Positions 25,587-37,372 of a DNA stretch of 64,000 nucleotides are shown piece by piece. The notes beneath the pieces are model-generated. The model was given only the letters and a program-made list of their open reading frames with translations. It was not told the origin of the DNA and did not search any database. The translations under genes were made by a program, and so were the position numbers. The stretch spans positions 31,248,001 to 31,312,000 of the forward strand of contig CM060733.1 of the NCBI GenBank assembly GCA_030704615.1, written 5' to 3'. Within the stretch, counting starts at the first letter, position 1. Each line of letters begins with the position of its first letter. The DNA comes from Takakia lepidozioides (Eukaryota; Plantae; Bryophyta).

Positions 25587-26005
25587 TGTTGGACTTCTCC
25601 TCCCTGCAATTTACTAGGATAGCACATCAACCTACATGCTGGAAGTACTTGGCATTGCCTCAGCCTCTCCTTACATCCTTCACAGTTTCTCTGGAACCTT
25701 TTGGTAGGAACCATCCTTAGCCATCAAAAAACCCTAACAGAGCTCAAGCTAAAAGTCCGAATGGTTAACTAAATCTAAGGTTACTTTCAACACTCCCGCT
25801 CAGCAAAGATTGAGGTTTAACCCAATCAGTTGCATGTATCTAGAGTGCCTCTCTTTAGATAGAACTTTGGTGAATGCATCGGCTGCCATGTCCTCACTCC
25901 TACAGAAAACCAACTCAATCTCCAAACTAATCTTTTCTCCAATGAAATGATGTTTGATATCAATATGTTTGGTTCATGCATGGTGAACAGGGTTTTTGCT
26001 AATGC
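25587..26005 (-). mobile_element. Ty1/Copia 3' fragment (RNase H end, PPT, probable short LTR)
   Basis: Minus strand reads ALAKNPVHHA*TKHIDIKHHFIGEK...EDMAADAFTK, followed by purine tract gagcgggag and TGTTG at 25792. Left LTR boundary uncertain. Confidence 0.75.
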
Positions 26006-26009
26006 ATAA

Positions 26010-29000
26010 TTGCATCAAGGTGAAAGGCCTGGAAGCTGGAAAGCAGGTGCACACTCACATTATCCCACGCCAAATGTTTTTCTCCTCAGCACCCTTGCCA
26101 ACATGTGTGTTAAGTGCGGGAGCATCATGGATGCTCACCAAGTGTTCAACAGAATGCCTCAACAATCTTTGATCACATGGAATATAATGTTGGCAGGATT
26201 TACCAAGCATGGGTGTGGTATGAATGCTTTGGAGACCTATGAGCAAATGATGGGGGAAGGGGTGAAGCCCGACCACATCACGTTTGTGTGCGTTTGCAGT
26301 GCGTGTGCAAGCCTGGCAGCCCTGGAAAAGGGCAAGGGCAAAGAGGTGCATGGCGACATCGTCAGAGCTAGAATCATACCAGATGTGATCCTGAACAATA
26401 CCCTGGTGGACACCTGGTGGACATGTATGCCAAATGTGGGAGCATCGAGCATGCAAAGGGAGTGTTCGACAATATGGCGGAACAAGATGTGGTGTCGTGG
26501 AGTGCGATGCTCGCAGGATATGCACAGCAGGTGCGCGGGATGGAGGCTTTGGAGACGTATGAGCAAATGATGTGCGAAGGGGTGAAGCCCAACCGCATCA
26601 CGTGTGTGTGTGTTTGCAATGCATGTGCAAGCCTGGCAGCCCTGGAAAAGTAAAAAGGTCCATGGTGACATTATCAAATCTAGAATTGTGCCGATGTCAT
26701 TCTGAACACTGCCCTGGTGGACATGTATGTCAAATGTGGGTGCATCGAGGATGCAAATGGAGTATGGCTGAACGTGATGTGGTGTCGGGGAGTGTGATGA
26801 TTGCAAGATATGCATAGCAAGGGTGCGGGATGGAGGCTTTGGAGACCTATGAGCAAATGATGTGCGAAGGGGTGAAAACCAACAACATCACGTTTGTTTG
26901 TGTTTGCAATGCGTGTGAAAGCCTGGGAGCTCTGGAAAAAGGGAAAGAGGTCCATGGTGACATCGTCAAAGCTGGAATTGTACCAGATGTCATCCTGAAC
27001 ACTGCCCTGGTGGACATGTATGCCAAATGTGGGTGCATTAAGGATGCGAAGGGAGTTAATTTCAGCATTATGGCTGAACGAGATGTGGTGTTGTGGAACG
27101 CGATGCTTGCAGGGGTATGCACAGCAGGGGTGCGGGATGGAGGCTTTGGAGCTCTATTCCAGAGTTTATTGAACCTGTCACAGGCTGTCATTGTCAGCTG
27201 CTAGTAGCAAGGCAAGGATGTATGCATGATTTGTGTAGAGGCATGGATAGTTGAAGGAGCAGGGATAGAGTGTGGGTCCAGATTCATCCAAGGGGACCGG
27301 ACTTCAAACTCCAGATTACCTATGATTCCCTGTGAATCAATAGCTACAAGAAACCTGCATGGGTAGATGGTCAACTAAAGGCACGTTTGTTTGCATTTGT
27401 AGTGCGTGTGCAAGCCTGGCAGCCCTGGAAAAGGGGAAAGAGGCCCATGGTGACATCGTCCAATCTGGAATTGTACCAGATGTCATTCTGAACACTGCCC
27501 AACACGATGCTTGCAGGGTATGCACAGCAGGGGCGCGGGATGGAGGCTTTGGAGACCTATGAGCAAATGATGTGCGAAGGGGTGAAGCCCGACCACATCA
27601 CGTTTGTGTGTGTTTGCAGTGCGTGTGCAAGCCTGGCAACCCAACGCGATGCTTGCAGGGTATGCACAGCAGAGGCGCGGGATGGAGGCTTTGGAGACCT
27701 ATGAGCAAATGATGTGCGAAGGGGTGAAGCCCGACCACATCACGTTTGTGTGTGTTTGCAGTGCGTGTGCAAGCCTGGCAGCCCTGGAAAAGGGCAAAGA
27801 GGTGCATGGTGACATCGCGAAAGCTAGAATTGTACCAAATGTCATTCTGAACAATACCCTCGTGGACATGTATGCCAATTAATGTGGGAGGCATTTCAGC
27901 AGATTCAGATACGTTTGTCTGTCTCTTGCTTAAGTGCATCAAGATGAAAGGTCTGGAAGCTGGAAAGCAGGTGCACACTCACATTATCCAAAGTGGATTC
28001 ATGCCAAGGATGCGAAGGGAGTTTCCAACACTATGGCTGAACAAGATGTGGTGTCGTGGCACGCTATGCTTGCAGGGTATGCACAGCAGGGACGTGGGTT
28101 GGTGGCTTTGGAAACCTATGATCAATTGATGGGGGGAGGGGTGAAGCCCAACCACATCACGTTTGTTTGTGATTCCAATGCTTGTGCAAGCCTGACAGCC
28201 CTGGAAAAGGGTAAAGAGGTCCATGGTGACAATATTGTCAAAGCTGGGATTGTACCAGATGTCATTCTGAACTCTGCCCTGGTGGACATGTATGCCAAAT
28301 GTGGGTGCATTGAGGATGCAAAGCAAAGGAACTTATGTGTACTCTGCGAAGGGGTGAAGCCCAACCACATCACCTAAGTTTGTGTTTGCAATGCGTGTGC
28401 AAGCTTGGGAGCCCTGGAAAAGGGGAAAGAGGTCCATGGTGACATCGTCAAAACTGGAATTGTACCCGATGTTATTCTGAACAATGCCCTCGTGGACATG
28501 TATGCCAAATGTGGGAGCATCAAGGATGTGAAGGCAGTGTTCAATTATATCGCTGGATGAAATGTGGTGTCGTGGAACGCGATGCTTGCAGTGTATGCAC
28601 CCTGGTAGCCCTGGAAATGAGCGAAGGGGTGCATGGTTGCATCGCAAAAGCAGGAGTTGGTGAGAAGAATGATGAAGGTCAGAGGGGTTAGAAAGGAGCC
28701 AGGTTGCTGCTGCATTGAGATTTGCAACAGGGTGCACACCTTCGCTGTAGATGACAGGTTGCATCCCAGAATTAAGGAAATACACGCTGAGCTGAGAAGA
28801 TTGTCTGGGCAGATGAAAGGAGGCGGGGTATGTGCCTGACACGCACTTTGTATTTCATGATGTGGGGAAGGAGGAAAAGGAATTCTCTTTGCCAGCACAG
28901 TGAGAAGCTAGCCATTGGTTTTGGGCTGATCAGGTTTGTGTGCGTTTGCAGAGCGTGTGCAAGCCTAGCAGCCCTGGAGAAGGGCAAAAAGGTGCATGGT

Positions 29001-30030
29001 TGCATTGCCAAAGCTGGAATTGTACCAGATGTGATTCTGAACAATACCCTCATGGACATGGATGCCAGAGGGAGTGTTCATGCTTGCAGGATATGCCAGC
29101 AGGGGCGCAGGATGGAGGCCTTGGAAACCTATGAACAAATGATGGGGGAAAATGTGAAGTGCAACCACATCATGTTTGTGTGCGTTGGCAATGCTTGTGC
29201 AAGCCTGGCAGCCCTGGAAAAGGGAAAAGTGTGGGTCCAGATTCAGCAGCGGCGGCACAATTCGTAAAATCAGGCACTGCTAATGAAGGCAACTTCTTCA
29301 AAACATTTCACCCTGTTTTCCCCTCTTATCGAAATCGTCCTTAAATTTTCATTTTGATTTCTGCAAGTTACTGGTTGAGTGAACCTTTGATAGTTTGCAA
29401 TGCGTGTGCAAGCCTGGCAGCTTTGGAGAAGGGCAAAGAGGTCCATGGCGACATTGTCAGAGCTGCAATTGTACCACATGTCATTCTGAACAATACCCTC
29501 GTGGACATGTATGAAGGGAACAGTATGGCTGAACGAGATGTGGTGTCGTGGAACTTGATGCTTGTAGGGTATGCACAGCAGGGGCACTGGATGGAGGCTT
29601 GGCACCAGATGTTGTGCTTGGCACACTATGCAAACCCAGTAAGACCAGGGAGTAGTTGAGCAGCTCAGTCTCAACCCTTTCCTAGTGCCAACAAACTCTG
29701 ATGTGGATTCATGCCAAGAAAGGTCTGGAAGCTGGAAAACAGGTGCACACTCACAAGCATCGCAGGGTATGCACAGCAGGGACGTGGGATGGTGGATTTG
29801 AAGACCTATGATCAAATTATGGGGGAAGGGGTGAAGCCCAACCACATCATGTTTTTGTGTGATTGCAATGCTTGTGCAAGCCTGGCAGCCCTGGAAAAGG
29901 TCAAAAGAGGTCTATGGTGATATTGTCAAAGCTAGAATTGTACCAGATGTCATTCTGAACTCTGCCCTGATGGACATGTATGCCCAATGTGGGTGCATTG
30001 AGGATGCAAAGCAAGGAACTTATGTGTACT
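26010..30030 (+). pseudogene. Scrambled array of PLS-class PPR fragments, with a PDF half-motif (27282-27380) and a truncated E+/DYW domain (28651-28932)
   Basis: Repeated DVVSWNAMLAGYAQQGRGMEALETYEQMMCEGVKPDHITFVCVCSACASLAALEKGKEVHGDIVKAGIVPDVILNTALVDMYAKCG units with many stops and frameshifts; IHPRGPDFK...PAWVDGQL; KEPGCCCIEICNRVHTF...HPRIKEIHAEL...HSEKLAIGFGLI. Confidence 0.9.
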
Positions 30031-30628
30031 CTGTTTATGTACTGGGTGTGGCAGGGAGGCTTTGGAGATTGTGAATGTGTGATGCCTAGTAGGTGAACCT
30101 CATGTGTATTCTGATGTCTGTGGTAGTCTTTGAGCACTGAAAAAGTGCAGATGGATCTGTATGTATTTGTAAGCCTATACGTTCTGATGTGAGGTTCTCT
30201 GGTTTTATGAGAGGAACAAAACAATTGTGAGCAGGAAGTGAAGGGCCATCTCCTATTGGAATTCCTCAATCAGATAGTTTGGCCTGAATCAAACATCAAT
30301 GGACTAGGCCTTTCGTCTTCACTAGGTGTTGTTGCTAAAAAAATAACCGATTGTGAGAGGGTCCCTAATCGAATGATGCTTCCAGGTATAGGTGAAGCAG
30401 AGGAATATAACATACTGTTACATCGCACTTTGCACCTAACTTCCCAGCAAAGCGGTGTAGCATCAACCTCGGTCTAAGAGAGAAAGCCACAGTTTTATAG
30501 ATTAGCGTGATTAATTTTAAAGTCGCACTCTTAGGGTTTAATTCTCCTAAAAAACCTACCGATATATACTTTCATCTGCCCTTGCCCCTCTCTCTCTCTC
30601 TCTCTCTGCACCATACATACAAACAACC

Positions 30629-31373
30629 ATGTCAACGTCGGAAATAGCCGACACAATAGACACTGTAAAGGACCAACAAATCTAGGAAATAATCCACCAA
30701 GACATGACAAACGTGATATACGACAGTTTCACGTCCAATGACCATCATGCCCTAAAGGTGGGGAACACATGGAAGCGTTTGCCCTACAGTACAAACTTCC
30801 AGAGCGCCTTGTGGAACGGAATGTCCCTTCGGACTGTGAAGAAATAGCCATGTTCGTAGGTATTGCAAAATTTCCCTACCTTGGCAAAACCGGGAATTAC
30901 AGAGTCGTGACTTTCGCCATAGAACTAAAAGACGCAAAATTCACAATATTGATAGAAGACAGTCATTTCTTGTTCGACTACGCAAATACAATACAGAATG
31001 GTTCGATAATTGAAGGAGGAGAGGCGAGGACATGACGTGGATGGGTGGAAACCATGAGCTTCACGAAAAACCTCCTAAAAACTAACGCAAACAACTCTGG
31101 CTCGGCGTCTAGTAACAACAAACGTCAAAAAACAAACAATGACGGGATGTCCAATACAATAGAAGTCCTTAATGGAAATGGCAAAAAATGGATGGAGAAT
31201 CCCTACGTTCAGGGGATCTCGTTGCAGTCAAGTGTAATATCCAATATTGGATGAATTTTCGTCACAAGAAACACGGGCTTTCATTCCAACTAAAAGGGGT
31301 TACAATGTTGGCCAAAGCAAAAGATAAGACAGAGCCAAACGACGACAACTGGAGTAAAAGCATAGCTTGGTAG
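30629..31373 (+). pseudogene. Decayed intronless ORF (about 245 codons reconstructed), C-terminus resembling T7 gp2.5-type OB-fold ssDNA-binding proteins
   Basis: ATG at 30629 after a (CT)n tract. Two in-frame stops and two frameshifts join ORFs 30769-31035, 31045-31254 and 31188-31373. C-terminus EVLNGNGKKMDGESLRSGDLVAVKCNIQYWMNFRHKKHGLSFQLKGVTML...NDDNWSKSIAW. Confidence 0.45.
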
Positions 31374-31492
31374 AGCTTAAATTAGACACATCTAAACGTT
31401 CCATGTGAGGGCCACCATATTTTCTCTCTCTCATGATCCTCGAGCATGGCCCATCCGTCCGGACATCCTTCTCAGAAGTCGTCGCTAGTAGT

Positions 31493-31515
31493 GCGAAGCA
31501 ACGCGAAGCCCTAGT
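31493..31515 (+). mobile_element. Helitron-like 3' terminus
   Basis: Two GCGAAGC mini-hairpins (31493-31499, 31503-31509) immediately followed by CTAG-T. Confidence 0.45.
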
Positions 31516-32132
31516 AAGTAGTAAAAAAGTGGTGATATTGCATATGCACATGGCTAGTGTAGTGGTAATGTGCAAAATTATAGTATGATAGGTCATGGGG
31601 TCAAATTCTTGACATTCGGCATTGGGTGGGTTTTAGTTTTAAATTTTCCGGCAGCCTCTTTTGGGATTTAATTATCATTGGACAGCATAGGCAGGTACGA
31701 TATACTATAGATAAAACCTTTTATTACATTAATTTTTTTGGTAAAACTCTGGAATTTTTGTGACCATTTTTTTTAAAAAAACTGGGTGAAATGATATTGC
31801 CCTACCAAATTTTCTAAGTAAAACATTTCAAAAATTTACCTCAAAAAAATGAACTACGCCCTATATTTGTTCTCATGTGGTTTTGGAAATACAGGGAGTG
31901 ACCCCCCCAAGCTGCCATGTCATGAATGTAATTCGGATCAGCAGGTGTGAAAGGACGTTTTTGAATTCACATTTGAGCCATTTAACAAATATTTATAGGG
32001 GCACATTTTGAATGGTAACCATTATAGGTTTGTCCACCTTACACAAGAAGTGGAAAGAGAGAGAGGCACTGCCTAATCCCTCATTATATATATATATATA
32101 TATATATATTTCTTTCTTTAAAAAGAAAAAAT

Positions 32133-32337
32133 GGAAACACCTAGGAGTGACAACTCACAAATCAAGCCCTTTAATAGTGAGAGGAGAAAATAACCTCTTT
32201 CACAGTAACCTGCCATGAGTCGTAGGAATGGGGCACCACCCATAAACCATACCACACCCGTTAGTAGGAGGATTTGACCCCATAATCATCTGGGTGACAC
32301 TTAGTGCACTTTACCAACTGTGCTACTGAGTGTTGGT
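32133..32337 (-). mobile_element. tRNA-derived SINE, family copy 1
   Basis: Minus-strand head accaacactcagtagcacagttggt (A box) ... gggtcaaatcc (B box). Body shared with copies at 37373, 41733 and 44441. (AT)n tract near the tail. Confidence 0.8.
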
Positions 32338-32509
32338 GGTGGTTTTTTCTTTTTGTTGGCCCAGCCTTCTCAAGGCAGGACTACGCAAAGGCTCCAACTG
32401 CTTTAGCACCGATACTTTCGATTACGCTTTGAATTCGATCGAGACAGCTGTCAATAAAATATTTTGTCTTCTAAGAATGACATCCATATCTGCAGTCTGT
32501 TGCTACATA

Positions 32510-32740
32510 GTGATCATGGCAAGGAGTATGATGGGGCATGGTGTGCAGGCTGTGGACATCGAGTTCAGGTACTCTCAGGCCCCATAGCAATTGGTAAACT
32601 CGTATTTTGGGAGCAGAGTTGGTATGAATTTTTTTAAAGATCGTTCATGATGGTGGGACAACCGCAATCGCAAGATGTGGGCTTTCTCTTAATGTACGAT
32701 GTGAAGAAGTTTGTCCATCCTGCAGATGTGGACTCTTGGC
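32510..32740 (+). pseudogene. Second, truncated PDF-motif gene start (paralogous to 22870-22990)
   Basis: EQSWYEFFKDRS*WWDNRNRK, followed by intron-like sequence tgtacgatgtgaagaagtttgtcc matching 22944-22967. Confidence 0.6.
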
Positions 32741-32924
32741 TCCTCAGCATGTTCAACATTTGGATGATGAACCATTTCGTTCGTCACTTGAAAGTTGAAG
32801 TGATTCTAAATTGATCTCATGTTTGTTGGTGCAAGTTAACGTGTCCTCGTCCGCCAATCATGTCTCCCCTAGGCCACATTGATCTTGTATTTGTCGAAGA
32901 TTCCCCTAGGCCACATGAAACAAC

Positions 32925-33375
32925 TTTGTTTTATCTCATATTAGACCGGACCTGTTACATGATATGTTGAACATAGGGCAAAGTTTGAAAGCAAACAAAA
33001 ATCATTTGGATGGTCAACCATTCGATCGCCCATTGAATGAGTTTTGTTTCATCTCATAATAGACTAGACTTGATAGATGATATGTTGAACATAGTGGCAA
33101 AGTTTGAAAGCAAACAAAAATCATTTGGATGGTCAACCATCTGTTGGCCCATTGAATGAATTTCGTTTCATCTCATATTAGATCGGGGCTTGTTATATGG
33201 TATGTTGAATATAATGACAAAGTTTGAAAGGAAATCATTTGGATGGTCAACCATTATTTCATCTCATATTAGACCGGGACTTGATAGATGGTATGTTGAA
33301 CATAGTGGCAAAGTTTCAAACAAACAAAAATCATTTGGATGGTCAACCATTCGATCGCCCATTGAATTAATTTCG
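32925..33375. repeat. About 120-bp tandem repeat, roughly 4 imperfect units; flanked by a dispersed duplicate (about 32745-32915 vs 33695-33865)
   Basis: Recurring tcatctcatattagacc...atgttgaacatagtggcaaagtttgaaagcaaacaaaaatcatttggatggtcaacc. Confidence 0.85.
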
Positions 33376-34584
33376 TCTAGCTTGGCCTGGCTTGGCCTTT
33401 GGCTTTTGAAGCTCTTTTTGTAGTGTCTCATGCTTCGTATGCGGTGCTTCTCCATGTCCTCTTTCTGGTGATATTCTTGACCTAGAACAGAGTCACACAT
33501 GTGTACATATCCTTAAAAAATCAAATGACCATCAAAACATGAACCCTCATCCCCAGCTTCCAATTTTGATGGTTATTTGGTTTTTTAAATATTTCTATAT
33601 ACGTGTGGATCTGTTCCAGATGGAAAATATCAGCAGATTGGAAAAAGAAAAGCTAAAGAAGCACCGCATTACGAAACAGAACACATTACAGAAGACTCAG
33701 CATGTTCAACATTTGGATGATGAATCATTTTGTTCGTCACTTGAAGCGCTTCTGAAATTAACTCATGTTTGTTGGTGGAAGCTAACGTGTCCTCATCTGC
33801 CAATCATGCCTCCCCCTAGGCCATATTGATCTCGTACTAGTCGAAGACTCCCGTAGGCCACATGAAATGGTTTACGTGATACATTTTCAAAAGTACGATA
33901 TGATACAATTGTGAAATGATATCACATCAACCGTTTAATGTGGCCAATGCACCTCTTCCGCACTATGGCGAAAATGTTCGCTACTTGAAGGCACAAACAC
34001 AAATAATCTGTGCAAACAATCTCAAGAATCATATGTACTACAAGGTGTTTGATACTGCCAATGTTAATGTAGCTGATTTCTATATGAATCGTTTTGCTAC
34101 CCCCATGCCAACAACATCAGGTCCACTGATACTACCATATTCCAAATTCTGTATCAGTCACCGCAGACATGAAACCATCAACTGAGCACCAAATCTCCAA
34201 TTCATTTTATTTATGGACCCATGTATTTGTTTTACAATTAACTTTTACGATCTACTTCTACCCTTTTCTAAACAATCTTCCGGAGGGTATACCAATATGT
34301 TTGGATTGAACAACTTTAAAATTGACATGAACAACCTTCCGGCAGGTATCCATCAAACATACCTCAATGATAAAAATAATCTTATGTGAGGTAAAAAATA
34401 TACTTAGATTCTACTCAATTGAAAAATTGACAAGCACAACCTTCTAAAAGGTATAATAACATTGAGGAATTTTCAAAACTAGGAATAACCTTTCGGCAGT
34501 TACCCATCAAACAAGACTCAATGATAAAAACAACCTTCTCGAAGGTAAAACCATTTATATTCAATTTGAAAATGAGCCATGTTC

Positions 34585-34662
34585 CTATGATAGAGATTAT
34601 TTTCTCCTCTCACTATAATTTCGGGGCCTAATTTGTGAGCGGCCGCTCTATGGTGTTTCCGT
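34585..34662 (+). mobile_element. 3' fragment of the tRNA-derived SINE family
   Basis: ttattttctcctctcacta...ggggccta atttgtgagc...ggtgtttcc matches the SINE body. Confidence 0.7.
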
Positions 34663-35409
34663 TTTTAATATATTTTCCTAAAATACATGGGAAGTATCAT
34701 TTCTTGGGGAGAGACTAGATAGTAATCATGTATATAAGTACTTAGGGTATGGTTGGGGAAATAGGGAAAGGGAAAGGGAAAGGCGGGCCCACGGGTGTTT
34801 AGGGGAGTGGCGAGCAGTTTTGGCGAGCTAGACCAAGGCATGGAGTCGACGCCCCCACATGTGTGGCCAAGCTTGAATATATGCAATGTATATGGGTTTC
34901 TGGATAATAAGCTTTTGAGCCTTTCATTTTTTAATATTAAGGTCTTCAATGTGCATGTGGGCTCCGTCAGTATGGCCCATGGGGTCACCGCATAAGCCCA
35001 ACGCCCATCGACTAGGTCCGCCGGAGGGTCCATTGAACAATCCAAGTCTGTTTTGGAGAGTCTGCTAGAGGGTTCACCCATCCTGTAGAGCCTACTAGAC
35101 TGTGCTAAACCCAGAGTCCGCCAGAACCGCACCACGAGAGGGGCAAAAGTGATCACAAAAGGAGGGGGGATGGGTTATATATGCCCACCCCACACACACC
35201 CCCCCCAAAAAAAATGGCATTATCCTTGAGAGCGCCTCGCCACGTGTCGACGCGGCGCGAATGGCCAGTCGTGCCTCCACATGCGTCCCGCCATTGGAGA
35301 GGTCAGGGTTCAAACCCGCTACCCCCCTCCTTCCATGTGTTTCGTTTTTCCTGAGCAGTGGCGCCTCGCCACGTGGTGAGACGCCGCTTGATGCTTTTAA
35401 AATTAAAAA

Positions 35410-36830
35410 AAAAACCCGCCACGCGGCGGGTCGCTGATTTTTTCTTAACAAAAACACAATGCGACCGCCATACGGCGGTCGCTATATTCTTAAAAAAACA
35501 AAACAAAAAACTGCCACATGGCTGTCGCTGCATTTTTTTAAATATATTAAAGAAGCGACCACCAAACGGAGGTTGCTTTATTTAAGAAAAAATAAAAAAT
35601 AAGTGACCTCCATTTGGTGGTCGCTAAATGTAACATTAAAAGACCAAAAAGAGCGACCGCCTTTGTGGCGGTCGCTTCATTTCTTAAAAAAACCCAAATT
35701 CGGAAAAAAGAGCGAACGTCACACCGTGGTCGTTGAAGTTCTTAAAAAACAAATAAGAGTGACCGCCCTTCTGGCGGTCGCTTCATTTCTTAAATAAACC
35801 CAACTTAGGAAAAAATAGCGACCGCCACACAGCGGTCGCTAAATTGTTTAAAAAAGAAAAAAGAACGACCATCCTTGTGGCGATCGCTTCATTTCTTTAA
35901 AAAACCCAAATTAGGGAAAAAGAGCGACCGTCACATGGTGGTCGTTGAAGTTTTTAAAAAACAAAATAAGAGCGACCGCCCTTCTGGCGGTCGCTTCATT
36001 TCTTAAATAAACCCAACGTAGGAAAAAATAGTGACCGCCACATGGCGGTCGCTAAATTGTTTAAAAAACAAAAAAGAACGACCACCCTTGTGGCGGTCGC
36101 TTCATTTCTTAAAAAAACCAGCGATTGCCACACGGCGGTCGCTGAAGTTCTTAAAAAACAAATAAGAACGACCGCCCTTCTGGAGATCGCTTCATGTCTT
36201 AAAAAACCCAAATTAGGGAAAAATAGCGACCGCCTCACGGCGGTCGCTAAATTGTTTTTTAAAAAAAAAAACGATCGCCCTTGTGGCGGTCGATTCATTT
36301 TTGAAAAAAAAACCCAAATTAGGAAAAAAGAGCGACCGCCCTTGTGGTGGTCGCTTCATTTCTTAAACAAAACCCAAATTAGGAAAAAGAGCGACCGCCA
36401 CACGGTAGTCGCTAAATTTTTTATAAAACAAAAAAGGGCGACCGCCAATGTGGCGATCGCTTCATTTCTATAGAAAACAAAATTAGGGAATAAGAGCGAC
36501 CGTTACACGGTGGTCGCTCAATTTTCTAAAAAACAAAAAAGAGAAATGTTGGATGGCAGTCGCTATATTAAAAAAACAAAAAGCAACGACCGCCACTGGC
36601 GTTCTCCTCATTTTAAAAATAGATAAATTAGAGGAGACCGCCAGTAGCGGTTTTCTCATTTAAAATACAAAATTAATTAGAGGAGACCGCCAGTGGCGGT
36701 CTCCTTATTAAGATTAAAACAATTACAAGCAAGGTCGTTCATTTAAAAAATAAAAATAAACGCGACCGCCAATGGTGGTCGTTTTATTTTTTAAAAATAG
36801 TAAATTACAAGCGACCGACAATATTTTTTT
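35410..36830. repeat. Array of short GC palindromes (gcgaccgcc-N3-5-ggcggtcgc) separated by A-tracts
   Basis: Dozens of imperfect gcgaccgcc...ggcggtcgc units with aaaaaa spacers and higher-order periodicity. Confidence 0.9.
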
Positions 36831-37372
36831 AATAATTAAAAATATTAATAATTGGCCGCGTGTGTTTTTACACCATGGCTGCCAATTTTTTCAACTTGCT
36901 AAAATCCAAACAAATTTGTTAATACCTTATGGAAGGTTGTTTCTATCATTAGGTCATGCGCGATGGATACTTGTTGGAAGGTTGTTCATGTCAATTTTAA
37001 AATTGCTCAATCCAAACATATTGATGTACCCTTCGGAAGATTGTAGTGTCATTTTTAACTTGCATAGAATTCAAACAAATGTGTTTAATACCTTACGGAA
37101 GGTTGTTTCTACTAGTAGGTCATGCGCAATCGGAAGGTTGTTCAAGTCTCAATCCAAACATATTAGTGTACCCTCCGGATTATTGTTGTGTGTCATTTTT
37201 TAACTTGCATAAAAATCCAAATAAATATGTTTAATACCTTATGGTTGTTCCTGCCGCTAAGTCATGTGTGATGGATACCTTTTGGAAGGTTGTGCATGTC
37301 AAGTTTAAAGTTACTTAATACAAATAATGTTAGAGTAGATTGTTCCTACCATTCCCCAAATTGCATAATGAG

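Larger units (their letters stand above)
34260..37330. mobile_element. Foldback-like element: long modular inverted arms (about 34260-34560 vs 36890-37330) enclosing a SINE fragment and a palindromic repeat array
   Basis: The reverse complement of 34272-34353 aligns with 36962-37045 (gatggatac...ggaaggttgttcatgtcaattttaaa...caatccaaacatatt). Confidence 0.6.

Noticed and set aside
23100-30030. In-frame stops in PPR/PDF sequence repaired by U-to-C RNA editing
   Set aside because: This is nuclear, intron-containing DNA, and frameshifts accompany the stops; ordinary decay explains them.
33916-34185. 89-aa ORF and a CACTA-like start (cactatggcgaaaa at 33961)
   Set aside because: No matching opposite TIR or TSD found, and the protein has no recognisable motif.
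35410-36830. Regularly spaced palindromic repeats resembling a CRISPR array
   Set aside because: Spacers are low-complexity A-tracts that repeat, the repeats are variable, there are no cas genes, and the context is eukaryotic.
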